Shown: one piece after another, positions 48,398 through 60,905 of the stretch
How the letters are laid out: each line of letters starts with the position of its first letter
How positions within the stretch are numbered: the stretch's first letter is position 1
Origin: Octopus vulgaris
Taxonomy: Eukaryota
Direction of reading: 5' to 3'
Length of the DNA stretch: 64,000 nt
NCBI GenBank assembly: GCA_951406725.2
Contig: OX597827.1
Span: 24,242,001-24,306,000 of the forward strand
Notes under the pieces: model-generated
What the model saw: the letters and a program-made list of their open reading frames with translations, nothing else
What the model was told of the DNA's origin: nothing
The model's database searches: none
Made by a program: the position numbers and the translations under genes

Positions 48398-51091
48398 ATG
48401 GAGTTGTTCGAGATCAACGCGTCCCTTAAGGACATTCTTATACCACCAAAGGAAGCCTTCCTTAAGGAAATTGTCTGCAAAACTAATGCATTCATAAACC
48501 GGATTAGATGGCTCGTTTTCTTTCATGATAACGAGCATCTAAAACACAACCGGGCTGCAACATCATCCGAATATAAGAGGCTTTTTAAGTCGATGGAGAC
48601 ACCACCACCTAACCCAAGACTGAAGAAATTTGAGGATGACTTGTGGGGCATTGTAAGGAGGATTAAATTCAGGAAGTCACCCCGGAGGAATGAACACCTC
48701 AGATACCTAGAGAAAATTACTAAGGATATTAACAGGTCAGACGGAATCCTGGTCCAATCTGACAAAACAAGGAACACGTACAAGTTACCCATTAACCAGT
48801 ACTTAGAATTACTCGGAAAAGAGATCCAGAAGAACTATAGAACCACAAATAGGAACACACTGAGAAAAGTCAATTTGGAGATTAAGAAAATAATGGTTAA
48901 TTATGGAATTCAAATGAGAACACAGCCGCTCAGCCCTAAACAACCTAGATTCATCGTTAAGGACCACAAACCAAATTTCTACACCAACCCAGCGTTAAGG
49001 CTCATATGCCCTTCTAGTTCTGACATCGGCGCCATCAGTAAGTACATTTTAGACAAATACATTCCTAGTTTAGTCAATAAGCTTAAGCTTAGCCTCTGGG
49101 CGAACTCCTCGCAAGTTGTAAAGTGGTTCTCTTCTATCCCTAATAAAAACCGAACTAAGTTCATTCAGTTCGATATTGCTAATTTCTACCCCTCAATTAA
49201 CCCTAGTGTACTTAATAAGGCCCTGTGGCATGCACATAATAAGGCAGGTCTCACTAGAGAAGAAATTGATATAATTCTAGTCGCCAGAAAATAATTTATA
49301 AAGTTTGAAAATAAGTTGTGGGTTCGTAAGGATACTCCCAACGAGTTCGATGTACCTATGGGTAGTTCAGATAGCGCGCAGATTGCCGATTTGGTCGGAA
49401 TCTATATTCTCTATGAATTATCCGACCAATTCCCGGACATCGGGGGCGGCCTATATCGTGACGATTGTCTGTTTTACCTACAAAACACCCTGAACAGAAT
49501 AGTACAAAAAACTAAAAATAGATTAGCTAGGTTCTTTAATAGGATGGGCATGAGTATAGTTTTTGATAACGAACTTACTAAGGCTAATTTCTTAGATGTC
49601 ACACTAAACCTCCATAGCGACTCTTACTACCCCTACCACAAACCTTCCACTAACTTAAAGTATGTCAGTGTTTTCTCGAACCACGCTAAAACTGTAACAG
49701 ACAATTTGGTTAAAAATATTTCTCAAAGATTAACTAATTTGTCTGCCAATGTCGATATTTTTGGGCAGAAAGCGGAATTTTATAATGCCGCCCTGTCTAA
49801 AGCCGGTTATAGGGAGAAGGTAGTATATATAGATCTGGCCCTTCCGATGCCAGCATTCTATCATCAGGATAGGGCCAGCTACAATAACATAAATAATTTA
49901 AGTAGTGATGGTAGCCTGAGGAATGTCGAAACAAGTACATCTACAATAAATATAGATAACATAAATAATTTGCGGTCCAGGGGAGGCCATAGTAAGCCAA
50001 AACCTATTATTCAACCTAGAAATGTCCACCTTAATGTCAGAGTTGACTCCACGACCCAGTACAAAAACAGGAATAAATATATTTGGTTTGTAATTCCCTT
50101 TGGTAAACAAATAAGATCTAACCTACCCCTGCAGTTTCGCCAAGCCATTGCCAGTAATTTTCCCAGAAATTCCAGATATTACGCCACTGTTAACTCACAC
50201 AAAGTTAGGATAGCCTTCTCCAATACTAAACATCTCTCACAGATAATTTCCTCCCATAACAATAAGCTGCTAAAAAAGACCCTCTCACCCACTTTCGGAG
50301 ACGCAGCTCCGTCTAATGCCAGAATAACGCGCAGTAATAATAATAGAACCGGCACAGAGATTAGCAATCTCCATACCAGCCATGGAGTTAATAATAGGAA
50401 TAAGGATAGGAGCAATGGTGACGGCATTAACGTTAGTAATGGGAATAGGGATGAGAGCACTACCCGAGTCATTAAAGTAGAGAGTCCCAATAACAATTTT
50501 AGCAGCGGGTTTAACAACAGTAGCATCACGGACATTAGCAATCACAGCGATCTCAGTGGCAGGGAATATACAGGTGATATTCCATTAAATAGTATTAATA
50601 ATGGGGTGTATAATGTCGAAGACAGCCGTAGTTCTTACAATCATCATAGTAATAAGAACGCCGTATTAATATCGGAAGCCAATCCCAATAGAATAAGGTT
50701 CTTATCTAGTAATTCCAAGATTAGAAATGCCATTTACCAATGCAGAGTTTATACTGAATCAGATGTCTACTTGTATATCGGAGCGTCATCATCAAAATTG
50801 GCCGTGAGAATATCGAACCACTTCACAACGTTTCGCGACTTTGGAAAACAACACGCGACCAGACTAAGTAAATTAATCTGGCGTTTGAAGAACGCGAATT
50901 CAGCCTTTAGACTGGAATGGTCGATTTTATCGGTGTCTGTACCGTTTGATAGAGGCAAAAGAATCTGTAATCTTTGCAACTCTGAACTTTTTCACATTTT
51001 GTTCGCCCGAGGGCAGCTAGTTAACTCGATTTTGCAAAACTCTTTTAGATGACCCCACTGGAGGCGGCATACATTTCTTGCATACAATTGA
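48398..51091 (+). pseudogene. PLE reverse transcriptase + GIY-YIG endonuclease frame with two in-frame stops (TAA 49292, TGA 51050)
   Basis: ORFs 48398 and 49316 share a frame; motifs KDHKPNF, FIQFDIANFYPSI, FDVPMGS, GLYRDD, FLDVTL, AIYQ...YIG...R..NH, CNLC; after the TGA it reads PHWRRHTFLAYN*. Confidence 0.85.
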
Positions 51092-51703
51092 AGTCTAAGA
51101 TAATTAACACCTTGATGTCCTAAGAAAGAAAAAAATTTTTGAAAAAAATTTGGAAAAAAAATGTTGAATTAAATTTGAAAGGGGAAATTACTCCCCCTTT
51201 TAGCGTATGATCTGCTACTTATTTAGAAACAATATCAGGGATTATACTCCCCTTGTTTGACAAGTCAACTGTCTATAAACTGGTCACAGACGAACACACA
51301 GACACAGGTTGTTATCAGCTGCTTGACCAACAATAGCCGCAACATATTTTCTCCCTAGCTGCTTCCTAGGCATACTGCCACACATACATAGGCGCACACA
51401 CACATACATGTAGGTAGTTTCTCACACCCAAATAAGATAGCTTTCATTCTTAAAACAATTCGAACATTAACACTAGTTATACAGAATATGTTCACACTCT
51501 TTGGTTTTCTGTAATTCTTCCCCTACCCAATGTTAACCGGAATTTGACCTCGAATTATCTCAACGGACTTTTTCGTCGGCCTTCACCCACCCTGACGTCA
51601 ACGCATATTGAGAGACAGTCTTGTGCCATTCATACCATGGGCTCCTAGGGAGCGTTTGTTCGAAAAGCTTGCTGCGCATTTGTTTGGAGATTTAAGTTCC
51701 TGG

Positions 51704-51789
51704 ATTTTCCTGAAGAGAATGCTGCAAAATGGTCTCCTTATTCAATCCGAATTAGGGAATTTGCAGCCTTTGAAACATGTGTAGAAAAT
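51704..51789 (+). ncRNA. Type I hammerhead ribozyme motif with extended stem II
   Basis: attttc-CTGAAGA-[gctgcaaa...tttgcagc hairpin]-GAAA-catgt-GTA-gaaaat. Confidence 0.75.
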
Positions 51790-51840
51790 AATAAAAAGGA
51801 ATTTTGTAAAATCTTCGTTCAGCTCCATTTCTTCCCTCAC

Positions 51841-51890
<50 letters not shown>

Positions 51891-51965
51891 TTGAGTTGTG
51901 GGGTATCGCACGAGTGGGATTATATAAGAAAAAAGGTTTGAAAATGCAATTTAAACGATGTTTAT

Positions 51966-52010
51966 TTACTTAACCGGTTTCACTATTTGGTAAAAGATTG
52001 TCAAAAGTAA
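51966..52010 (-). ncRNA. Hammerhead-like motif, U3-A8 core variant (left arm)
   Basis: Minus strand ttactt-TTGACAA-tcttttaccaaatagt-GAAA-ccg-GTT-aagtaa. Confidence 0.55.
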
Positions 52011-52550
52011 CATTTAAGGAAACATTGAATATTATGCATTCAAAAAAGTTTTTTACATAATTGTCACATTGGATATTATGAATTCAAAAATGTTTTTTTT
52101 ATACATAATTGTCACATTACATGTATAAATATAGTGTTTGGTAACAGAGAAGTTCAATAGTGTGATGAGAATATTTGGGAAAATTTGGCAGAAAAGGATA
52201 AAACAAATATATTATTGGGAATTGGTTGCGTTAATTATTGGTTGTCGCAAATTGTCACATTACATGTATATATATACAGTCTTTGGTATATATATACAGC
52301 CTTTTGACAGCAAAAATTAAAATGGATTTTTTATACATCTCAGAATATTTTAAGTTCAAGGCGAGAATATGTTTTTACTGACCTGTTGGTATTAGCAGAA
52401 AGGCTGAACTGAGAGAAAAGAAGAAGTAGCCAATGTGGTGTATACTTCCCCTTTATGCATGAATGATTTTGGGGTTATCGGGAGGTTAGTATGCGGGTGT
52501 GAATAGATGTGTCCGTGCCTGCTGGTCAGATAGCGTCTGTTTGTCACACA

Positions 52551-52584
<34 letters not shown>

Positions 52585-53185
52585 ACAACACACACACACA
52601 CACAGTATACAAACACACACCACATACAAACAACACACACACACACACAGAACACACACACACACACACACAACGCACCCACATATATCACATATACACA
52701 CATACAGCATGTAAATAATACACATACACAATATATGCATGCAATATACATACGTAATACATACATATAATATATATATAGACAATGCATATACATATAT
52801 ACATATATACATATAAATAGTGTTTACATACACATACATAGATATACCACATATACACACAATATACATACATACAATGCATACACATACACGTACGCAT
52901 ACATATAATATATATATACACACACACACACATAACATACATACACAATGCATACATATATATACACGCAATGCATATACATGTATTCATGCATATATAG
53001 CACACCTACAATATACATATATACAATGCACACATACACACACATATATACACTTAATTGTACACATACATATACAATACACATACATACAATATACATA
53101 TACACAATGCGCATGCAAATAATGTACATGTTTATACACACATAAACATGCAAATAAATATACACACACACACATACACACACAC

Positions 53186-53220
<35 letters not shown>

Positions 53221-53411
53221 CACATACATACATACATACATGCACATACATATATTTTTTCACACACATACACACACATATATATATATAAAAAATTCAC
53301 CACCCCCCACACACAAATTACAAACCTATAGCGTACACACTCAAATATATCTCTACATACCGCACACACACACAAACAAAGTACTAACATATACACACAT
53401 ACCATGCATAT

Positions 53412-53473
<62 letters not shown>

Positions 53474-53876
53474 AAATACACATGTAAATACATACACACG
53501 TACACAATGCTCACACACACGCACACACACACACATACACACACACCCGCACACAGTGCACACACACACACATATATATACACACGTGCACACACACACA
53601 CAACGCGCGCGCACACACACATATACACACACACGCACACAGTGCACACACACACACACATATATATATACACCCGCGCACACACACACACAACGTGCAC
53701 ACACATACATCACCTACATATATATAATGCATGCGTATGCATGCCACGTATGTGTGCGGTCAATGCCCGCTAGTGTGTCCTATGCGTGCCGATGCGCGCA
53801 TGTGCCCGCCCGCACGATATGCTGTGAGTGTGCGCGTCCCTGTGTGCTTGCTCTGGATGTGTTTCCAGGGGGTATG

Positions 53877-55289
53877 TTAGAGTATGTTTAGTTGTGGTCT
53901 GTATTTTTGAATAAGATTACTTTCCTTATTTATTCGTGTTTGGTCTGTGGTGTTGTCCGAGCATTGGTATAGTGGGAAGACTAAGAATTTGGGGGACTTA
54001 TTGTGTGCACAAAGGTCTAAGTGTCCACTTCGTGGTATCTGTCTTGTGGAGGGGTCCCTCAGTTGTTGTCGGTGAACTGTCATTCTTTCTATGAGGGTAA
54101 GGCTCGTTTGCCCTATGTAGTCTTCGTGGCATCCTTCACACCTTATGACGTAGAGTAAATTTTTTGATGCGCACGTGAAATTATTTTTTATGATGAATGT
54201 GTGTCCCGAGTGGAACTTGTACGACGATCCCTCAATGAGGTGGATGCAGGTCTTGCAGTTGGGGCGACCACATTTTTTGATGGTGGGCGGTGGATTTGTG
54301 TTGTGTAATTTTGCGTTGGTGAGGAGGTTTTTTTAGGGATTTAGGTTGTCTCTTACTTTTTATTATTTTATGAGCTGCCAGTATTTTTTTCAGGCGTGGG
54401 TCTTGATTTAGTTGTGGAATGTTGTTGTATATAATAGTGTAAGCATCTGCATTCCTTGGGTTGTGTGTTGAGAGATAGGGGAGGCTATTTACTGTACTGT
54501 AGATGTGTTTGGGTTTTCGAAGGTCTTGAATGTTGATTGATTTGGCCCGTTCTATTCCGTTGTCTACTAGTGATGCCGGGTAATGTCTTTCGAGAAGAAT
54601 TGCCCTTAGTTCCCGGAGTCTTCTATTTCGTGTTGTGTCATTTGAGACAATAGTGCAGATTCTTCTCGCTAGGTTGAAGGGGATATTTGTCTTTGTGTGT
54701 TTTGGGTGATTGGAGGTGAATAGAAGGTATTGTTTAGAGTCAGTGGATTTGTAATGGATGTCAGTTTCAATGTTGACGCCTTTTTTAATGATTAGGATGT
54801 CAAGAAAAGGGAGTTGGTCCTGACTATATTCCATTGTGAATTGAATGTTGTTATTTACACTGTTGATAAGGTTTTTGAAGTCTATAAGTTGGTCGAGTGT
54901 GTGGGACCATAGGATGAGGCAATCATCTAAGTAGCGTTTCCAGTTCTCCAACAGGTATTTGTGGAAAGACTGGCCGTACTTATATTTGGATTTTTCATAG
55001 ATATGTGATTCCAGGTAGGCCATCACCAGGTTTGCATAGGTAGGTGCAACTTTCGTACCCATTGCAGTTTCTGAAACCTGTCTGTAAGTGTTGTTGTGGA
55101 AATACATGAAGTTGTTTTGCAGAATAAATTTGAGGCCCTCAATTATGAATTCTTTTTTAATTCTTTCCGGGATCTCATTGGGATATTTATCCAGCCAGAA
55201 TTTAATGGCTTCCAGTCCATATTCATGTGGGATTGTGGTGTAAAGATTAATAACATCAAAAGAAACGATTAAGGTGTCTTTATCGGCAT
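53877..55289 (-). pseudogene. Neptune-type RT C-terminal half + GIY-YIG, frameshifted near 54330
   Basis: SFDVINLYTTI, TAMGTKVAPTYANL, RYLDD, LPFLDI; one extra T relative to the 58039 copy. Confidence 0.85.
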
Positions 55290-55579
55290 GTCTTCCCACT
55301 ATACCAATGCTCGGACAACACCACAGACCAAACACGAATAAATAAGGAAAGTAATCTTATTCAAAAATACAGACCACAACTAAACATACTCTAACATACC
55401 CCCTGGAAACACATCCAAAGCAAGTACACAGGGACGCGCGCACGCTCACAGCATATCGTGCGGGCGGGCACATGCGCGCATCGGCACGCATAGGACACAC
55501 TAGCGGGCATTGACCGCACACATACGTGGCATGCACACGCATGCATTATATATATGTAGGTGATGTATGTGTGTGAGTG

Positions 55580-55613
<34 letters not shown>

Positions 55614-55835
55614 ACGTTGTGTGTGTGTGTGCGCGGGTGTATATATATATGTGTGTGTGTGTGCACTGTGTGCGTGTGTGTGTATATGTGTGTGTGCGCG
55701 CGCGTTGTGTGTGTGTGTGTGTGCACGTGTGTATATATGTGTGTGTGTGTGTGCACTGTGTGCGGGTGTGTGTGTATGTGTGTGTGTGTGTGTGTGAGCA
55801 TTGTGTACATGTGTATGTATTTACATGTGTATTTG

Positions 55836-55882
<47 letters not shown>

Positions 55883-56075
55883 ATATGCATGGTATGTGTG
55901 TATATGTTAGTACTTTGTTTGTGTGTGTGTGCGGTATGTAGAGATATATTTGAGTGTGTACGCTATAGGTTTGTAATTTGTGTGTGTGTGGGGGGTGGTG
56001 AATTTTTTATATATATATATGTGTGTGTATGTGTGTGAAAAAATATATGTATGTGCATGTATGTATGTATGTGTG

Positions 56076-56108
<33 letters not shown>

Positions 56109-57470
56109 GTGTGTGTGTATGTGTGTGTGTGTATATTTATTTGCATGTTTATGTGTGTATAAACATGTACATTATTTGCATGCGCATTGTGTATATGTAT
56201 ATTGTATGTATGTGTATTGTATATGTATGTGTACAATTAAGTGTATATATGTGTGTGTATGTGTGCATTGTATATATGTATATTGTAGGTGTGCTATATA
56301 TGCATGAATACATGTATATGCATTGCGTGTATATATATGTATGCATTGTGTATGTATGTTATGTGTGTGTGTGTGTATATATATATTATATGTATGCGTA
56401 CGTGTATGTGTATGCATTGTATGTATGTATATTGTGTGTATATGTGGTATATCTATGTATGTGTATGTAAACACTATTTATATGTATATATGTATATATG
56501 TATATGCATTGTCTATATATATATATATTATATGTATGTATTACGTATGTATATTGCATGCATATATTGTGTTTGTGTATTATTTACATGCTGTATGTGT
56601 GTATTGTATGTGTATATATATGCTAGGTGTATTTGTGTGATATTCATATTATGTATGTATGTGTGCGTGTGTTGTGTGTGTGTGTGTGTGTGTTTTGTGT
56701 GTGTATGTGTGTTATATATCTGTGTATATTATATATAGATACATGTTATATTTGTGTGCTGTGTGTATATGTGATATATGTGGGTGCGTTGTGTGTGCGT
56801 GTGTGTGTTCTGTGTGTGTGTGTGTGTTGTTTGTATGTGGTGTGTGTTTGTATACTATATGTGTGTGTGTGTGTGTGTATATATATGTGTGTGACAAACA
56901 GGCGCTATCTGACCAGCAGGCACGGACACATCTATTCACACCCGCATACTAACCTCCCGATAACCCCAAAATCATTCATGCATAAAGGGGAAGTATACAC
57001 CACATTGGCTACTTCTTCTTTTCTCTCAGTTCAGCCTTTCTACTAATACCAACAGGTCAGTAAAAACATATTCTCGCCTTGAACTTAAAATATTCTGAGA
57101 TGTATAAAAAATCCATTTTAATTTTTGCTGTCAAAAGGCTGTATATATATACCAAAGACTGTATATATATACATGTAATGTGACAATTTGCGACAACCAA
57201 TAATTAACGCAACCAATTCCCAATAATATATTTGTTTTATCCTTTTCTGCCAAATTTTCCCAAATATTCTCATCACACTATTGAACTTCTCTGTTACCAA
57301 ACACTATATTTATACATGTAATGTGACAATTATGTATAAAAAACAATTTTGAATTCATAATATCCAATGTGACAATTATGTAAAAAACTTTTTTGAATAC
57401 ATAATATTCAATGTGACAATTATGTAAAAAACTTTTTTTGAACCCATATTATTCAATGTTTCCTTAAATG

Positions 57471-57515
57471 TTACTTTTGACAATCTTTTACCAAAGAGTG
57501 AAACCGGTTAAGTAA
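57471..57515 (+). ncRNA. Hammerhead-like motif, U3-A8 core variant (right arm)
   Basis: ttactt-TTGACAA-tcttttaccaaagagt-GAAA-ccg-GTT-aagtaa, followed by AATAAA. Confidence 0.6.
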
Positions 57516-57552
57516 ATAAACATCGTTTAAATTGCATTTTCAAACCTTTTTT

Positions 57553-57592
<40 letters not shown>

Positions 57593-57790
57593 CACATATA
57601 CACATACATATATATATAATGCACACACACACACACACAAAATACATACATATAGCGTACACACACATATATATCTACATACCACGCACACACACAAACA
57701 ATGTACTCACATATACACATATACAATGCATACACACACACAACACACACATATATACATATATATAAAACATATACACATATAAATACA

Positions 57791-57824
<34 letters not shown>

Positions 57825-58038
57825 ACGCACGCACACACACACACACAACCCACACAACACACACATATATAGCATACATGTATATAATGCATGCGTATGC
57901 GTGCCGCGTATGTGTGTGGTCAATGCCTGCTAGTGCGCCCTATGTGTGCCGATGCGTGCATGTGTCCGCTTGCATGATACGTTGCGAGTGTGCGCGTGTC
58001 TTTGTGTGCTAGTTCTGGATGTGTGCCTAGGGGGTATG

Positions 58039-59418
58039 TTAGAGTATGTTTAGTTGTGGTCTGCATTTTTGAATAAGATTACTTTCCCTATTTATTCGTG
58101 TTTGGTCTGTGGTGTTGTCCGAGCATTGGTATAGTGGGAAGACTAAGAATTTGGGGGACTTATTGTGTGCACAAAGGTCTAAGTGTCCACTTAGTGGTAT
58201 CTGTCTTGTGGAGGGGTCCCTCAGTTGTTGTCGGTGAACTGTCATTCTTTCTCTGAGGGTAAGGCTCGTTTGCCCTATGTAGTCTTCGTGGCATCCTTCA
58301 CACCTTATGACGTAGAGTAAATTTTTTGATGCGCACGTGAAATTATTTTTTATGATGAATGTGTGTCCCGACCGGAACTTGTACGTCGATCCCTCAATGA
58401 GGTGGATGCAAGTCCTGCAGTTGGGGCGACCACATTTTTTGATGGTGGGCAGTGGGTTTGTGTTGTGTAATTTTGCGTTGGTGAGGAGGTTTTTTAGGGA
58501 TTTAGGTTGTCTCTTACTTTTTATTATTTTATTAGCTGCCAGTAATTTTTTCAGGCGTGGGTCTTGATTTAGTTGTGGAATGTTGTTGTATATAATAGTG
58601 TAAGCTTCTGCATTCCTTGGGTTGTGTGTTGAGAGATAGGGGAGGCTATTTACTGTACTGTGGATGTGTTTAGGTTTTCGTAGGTCTTGAATGTTGATTG
58701 ATTTGGCCCGTTCTATTCCGTTGTCTACTAGTGATGCCGGGTAATGTCTTTCGAGAAGAATTGCCCTTAGTTCCCGGAGTCTTCCATTTCGTGTTGTGTC
58801 ATTTGAGACAATTGTGCAGATTCTTCTCGCTAGGTTGAAGGGGATATTTGTCTTTGTGTGTTTTGGGTGATTGGAGGTGAATAGAAGGTATTGTTTAGAG
58901 TCAGTGGGTTTGTAATGGATGTCAGTTTCAATGTTGACGCCTTTTTTAATGATTAGAATGTCAAGAAAAGGGAGTTGGTCCTGACTATATTCCATTGTGA
59001 ATTGAATGTTGTTATTTACACTGTTGATAAGGTTTTTGAAGTCTATAAGTTGGTCGAGTGTGTGGAACCATAGAATGAGGCAATCATCTAAGTAGCGTTT
59101 CCAGTTCTCCAACAGGTATTTGTGGAAAGACTGGCCGTACTTATATTTGGATTTTTCATAGATATGTGATTCCAGGTAGGCCATCACCAGGTTTGCATAG
59201 GTAGGTGCAACTTTCGTACCCATTGCAGTTTCTGAAACCTGTCTGTAAGTGTTGTTATTGAAATTCATGAAGTTGTTTTGCAGAATAAATTTGAGGCCCT
59301 CAATGATGAATTCTTTTTTTATTCTTTCCGGGATCTCATTGGGATATTTATCCAGTCAGAATTTAATGGCTTCCAGTCCATATTCATGTGGGATTGTGGT
59401 GTAAAGATTAATTACATC
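58039..59418 (-). pseudogene. Neptune-type RT + Cys-rich linker + GIY-YIG endonuclease
   Basis: RYLDD; KKCGRPNCRTC...FTCASKNLLYVIRCEGCHEDYIGQT...RMTVH...GH. Confidence 0.88.
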
Positions 59419-60905
59419 ATCATCATCATCATCATCATCGTTTAACGTCCGTTCTCCATGCTAGCATGGGTTGGACGGTTCGACCGGGGATCTGGGAAGC
59501 CAGAAGGCTGCACCAGGCTCCAGTCTTATCTGGCAATGTTTCTACAGCTGGATGCCCTTCCTAACGCCAACCACTCCGTGAGTGTAGTGGGTGCTTTTTA
59601 CGTGCCACCTGCACAGGTGCTAGGCGAGGCTGGCAACGGCCACGGTCGGATTGGTGTATTTTATGTGCCACCGGCACGGAAGCCAGTCGAGGCGGCACTG
59701 GTATCGGCCACGAGTCGGATAGTGCTTTTTACGTCCCACCAGACCAGGGATCCTGGCTGGTTCAATTCGATTTCGATTTCGCTTTCGCTTGCCCTAACAT
59801 GTCTTCGCAAGCAAAGGGGTTGGCATGGGTGCCTGTCGTCGGATGAGGTTCTATATCGACTTCGCTTGCCTCAACAGGTTTTTGTGTCCAAGGGAGGAAA
59901 GGCATTCATAAGTGGGCTGGGCTCACTTGTCCTGCCTGGTCTTCTCACGTACAGCATATTTCCAGGTCTCGGTCGCTGGTCATTTCCTCAGTGAGGCCTA
60001 AAGTTCGAAGGTCGTGCTTCACCACCTCGTCCCAGGTTTTCCTGGGTCTACCTCTTCCACGGTCTCCCTCTACTGCTAGGGATTGGCACTTTCTCACATA
60101 CCAGCGCAACTGTCTCTCTTGCACACCACAACTGATGCTTCTTAGGTACAACATTTCTCTCAAGGTACTAATGCTCTGTCGGGTAGGTACACTGACATTA
60201 CACATCCATCGGAGCATACTGGCTTCATTCCTCACGAGCTTACGCATGTCCTCAGCAGTCACGGCCCATGTTTCACTGCCATGTAGCATGGCTGTTCGTA
60301 CACATGCATCATACAGTCTGCCTTTTACTCTGAGCGAGAGGCCTTTAGTCACCAGCAGAGGTAAGAGCTCCCTAAACTTTGCCCAGGCTATTCTTATTCT
60401 AGCAGTTACACTTTCAGTGCACCCACCCCCACTACTGACTTGGTCACCTAGATAACGGAAGCTATCAACTACTTCTAGTTTTTCCCCCTGGAAAGTGACG
60501 GAAGTTGTTTTCTGCAGATTTTCGGAGGTTAATGTCACATACAAAAACTATCTTCCCAGTTAGCCTACCTTTGACATTGCTGCACCTCTTATGTGTCCAT
60601 AGCTTACACTGGGTACATCTTATAGAGTTTCTACCTACACCTTTTCTACAGATCAAGCAGGGCCATCTTCCTGAAGACATTTGTGGATTGTCTACCTTCC
60701 TACTTATTAGTACTTTGGTTTTAGCTAGGTTGACTCTAAGGCCCCTCGATTCTAAACCCTCCTTCCACACCTGGAACTTCTCCTCCAGTTCTGATAGTGA
60801 CTCAGCAATTAGAGCAAGGTCGTCAGCGTAGAGGAGCTCCCAGGGGCAACCTGTCTTGAATTACTCCGTAATTGCCTGAAGGACTATGATAAATAGGAGG
60901 GGGCT
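59419..60905 (-). mobile_element. 5'-truncated RTE-clade LINE nested in the PLE RT
   Basis: [41 protein letters not shown]; (GAT)n tail; stop and frameshift present. Confidence 0.9.

Larger units (their letters stand above)
48341..51850 (+). mobile_element. Penelope-like retroelement with C-terminal GIY-YIG, Hydra-clade-like
   Basis: Single RT+EN frame, 3' pseudo-LTR with hammerhead and AATAAA, ends in (TA)n. Confidence 0.85.
51887..57560 (-). mobile_element. Neptune-type Penelope-like element, 5'-truncated, with an inverted copy of its 3' region
   Basis: RT/EN at 53877-55289 on the minus strand; arms 51921-53981 and 55290-57560 are reverse complements. Confidence 0.85.

Noticed and set aside
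48398-51091. Assignment to the Naiad/Chlamys PLE clade
   Set aside because: Those elements have an N-terminal endonuclease; here the GIY-YIG is C-terminal and a hammerhead is present
51200-51250. Possible SECIS (ATGA...AAA...GA) after the PLE ORF
   Set aside because: The AAA is 16 nt after the UGA core instead of about 11-12, and helix II pairs poorly
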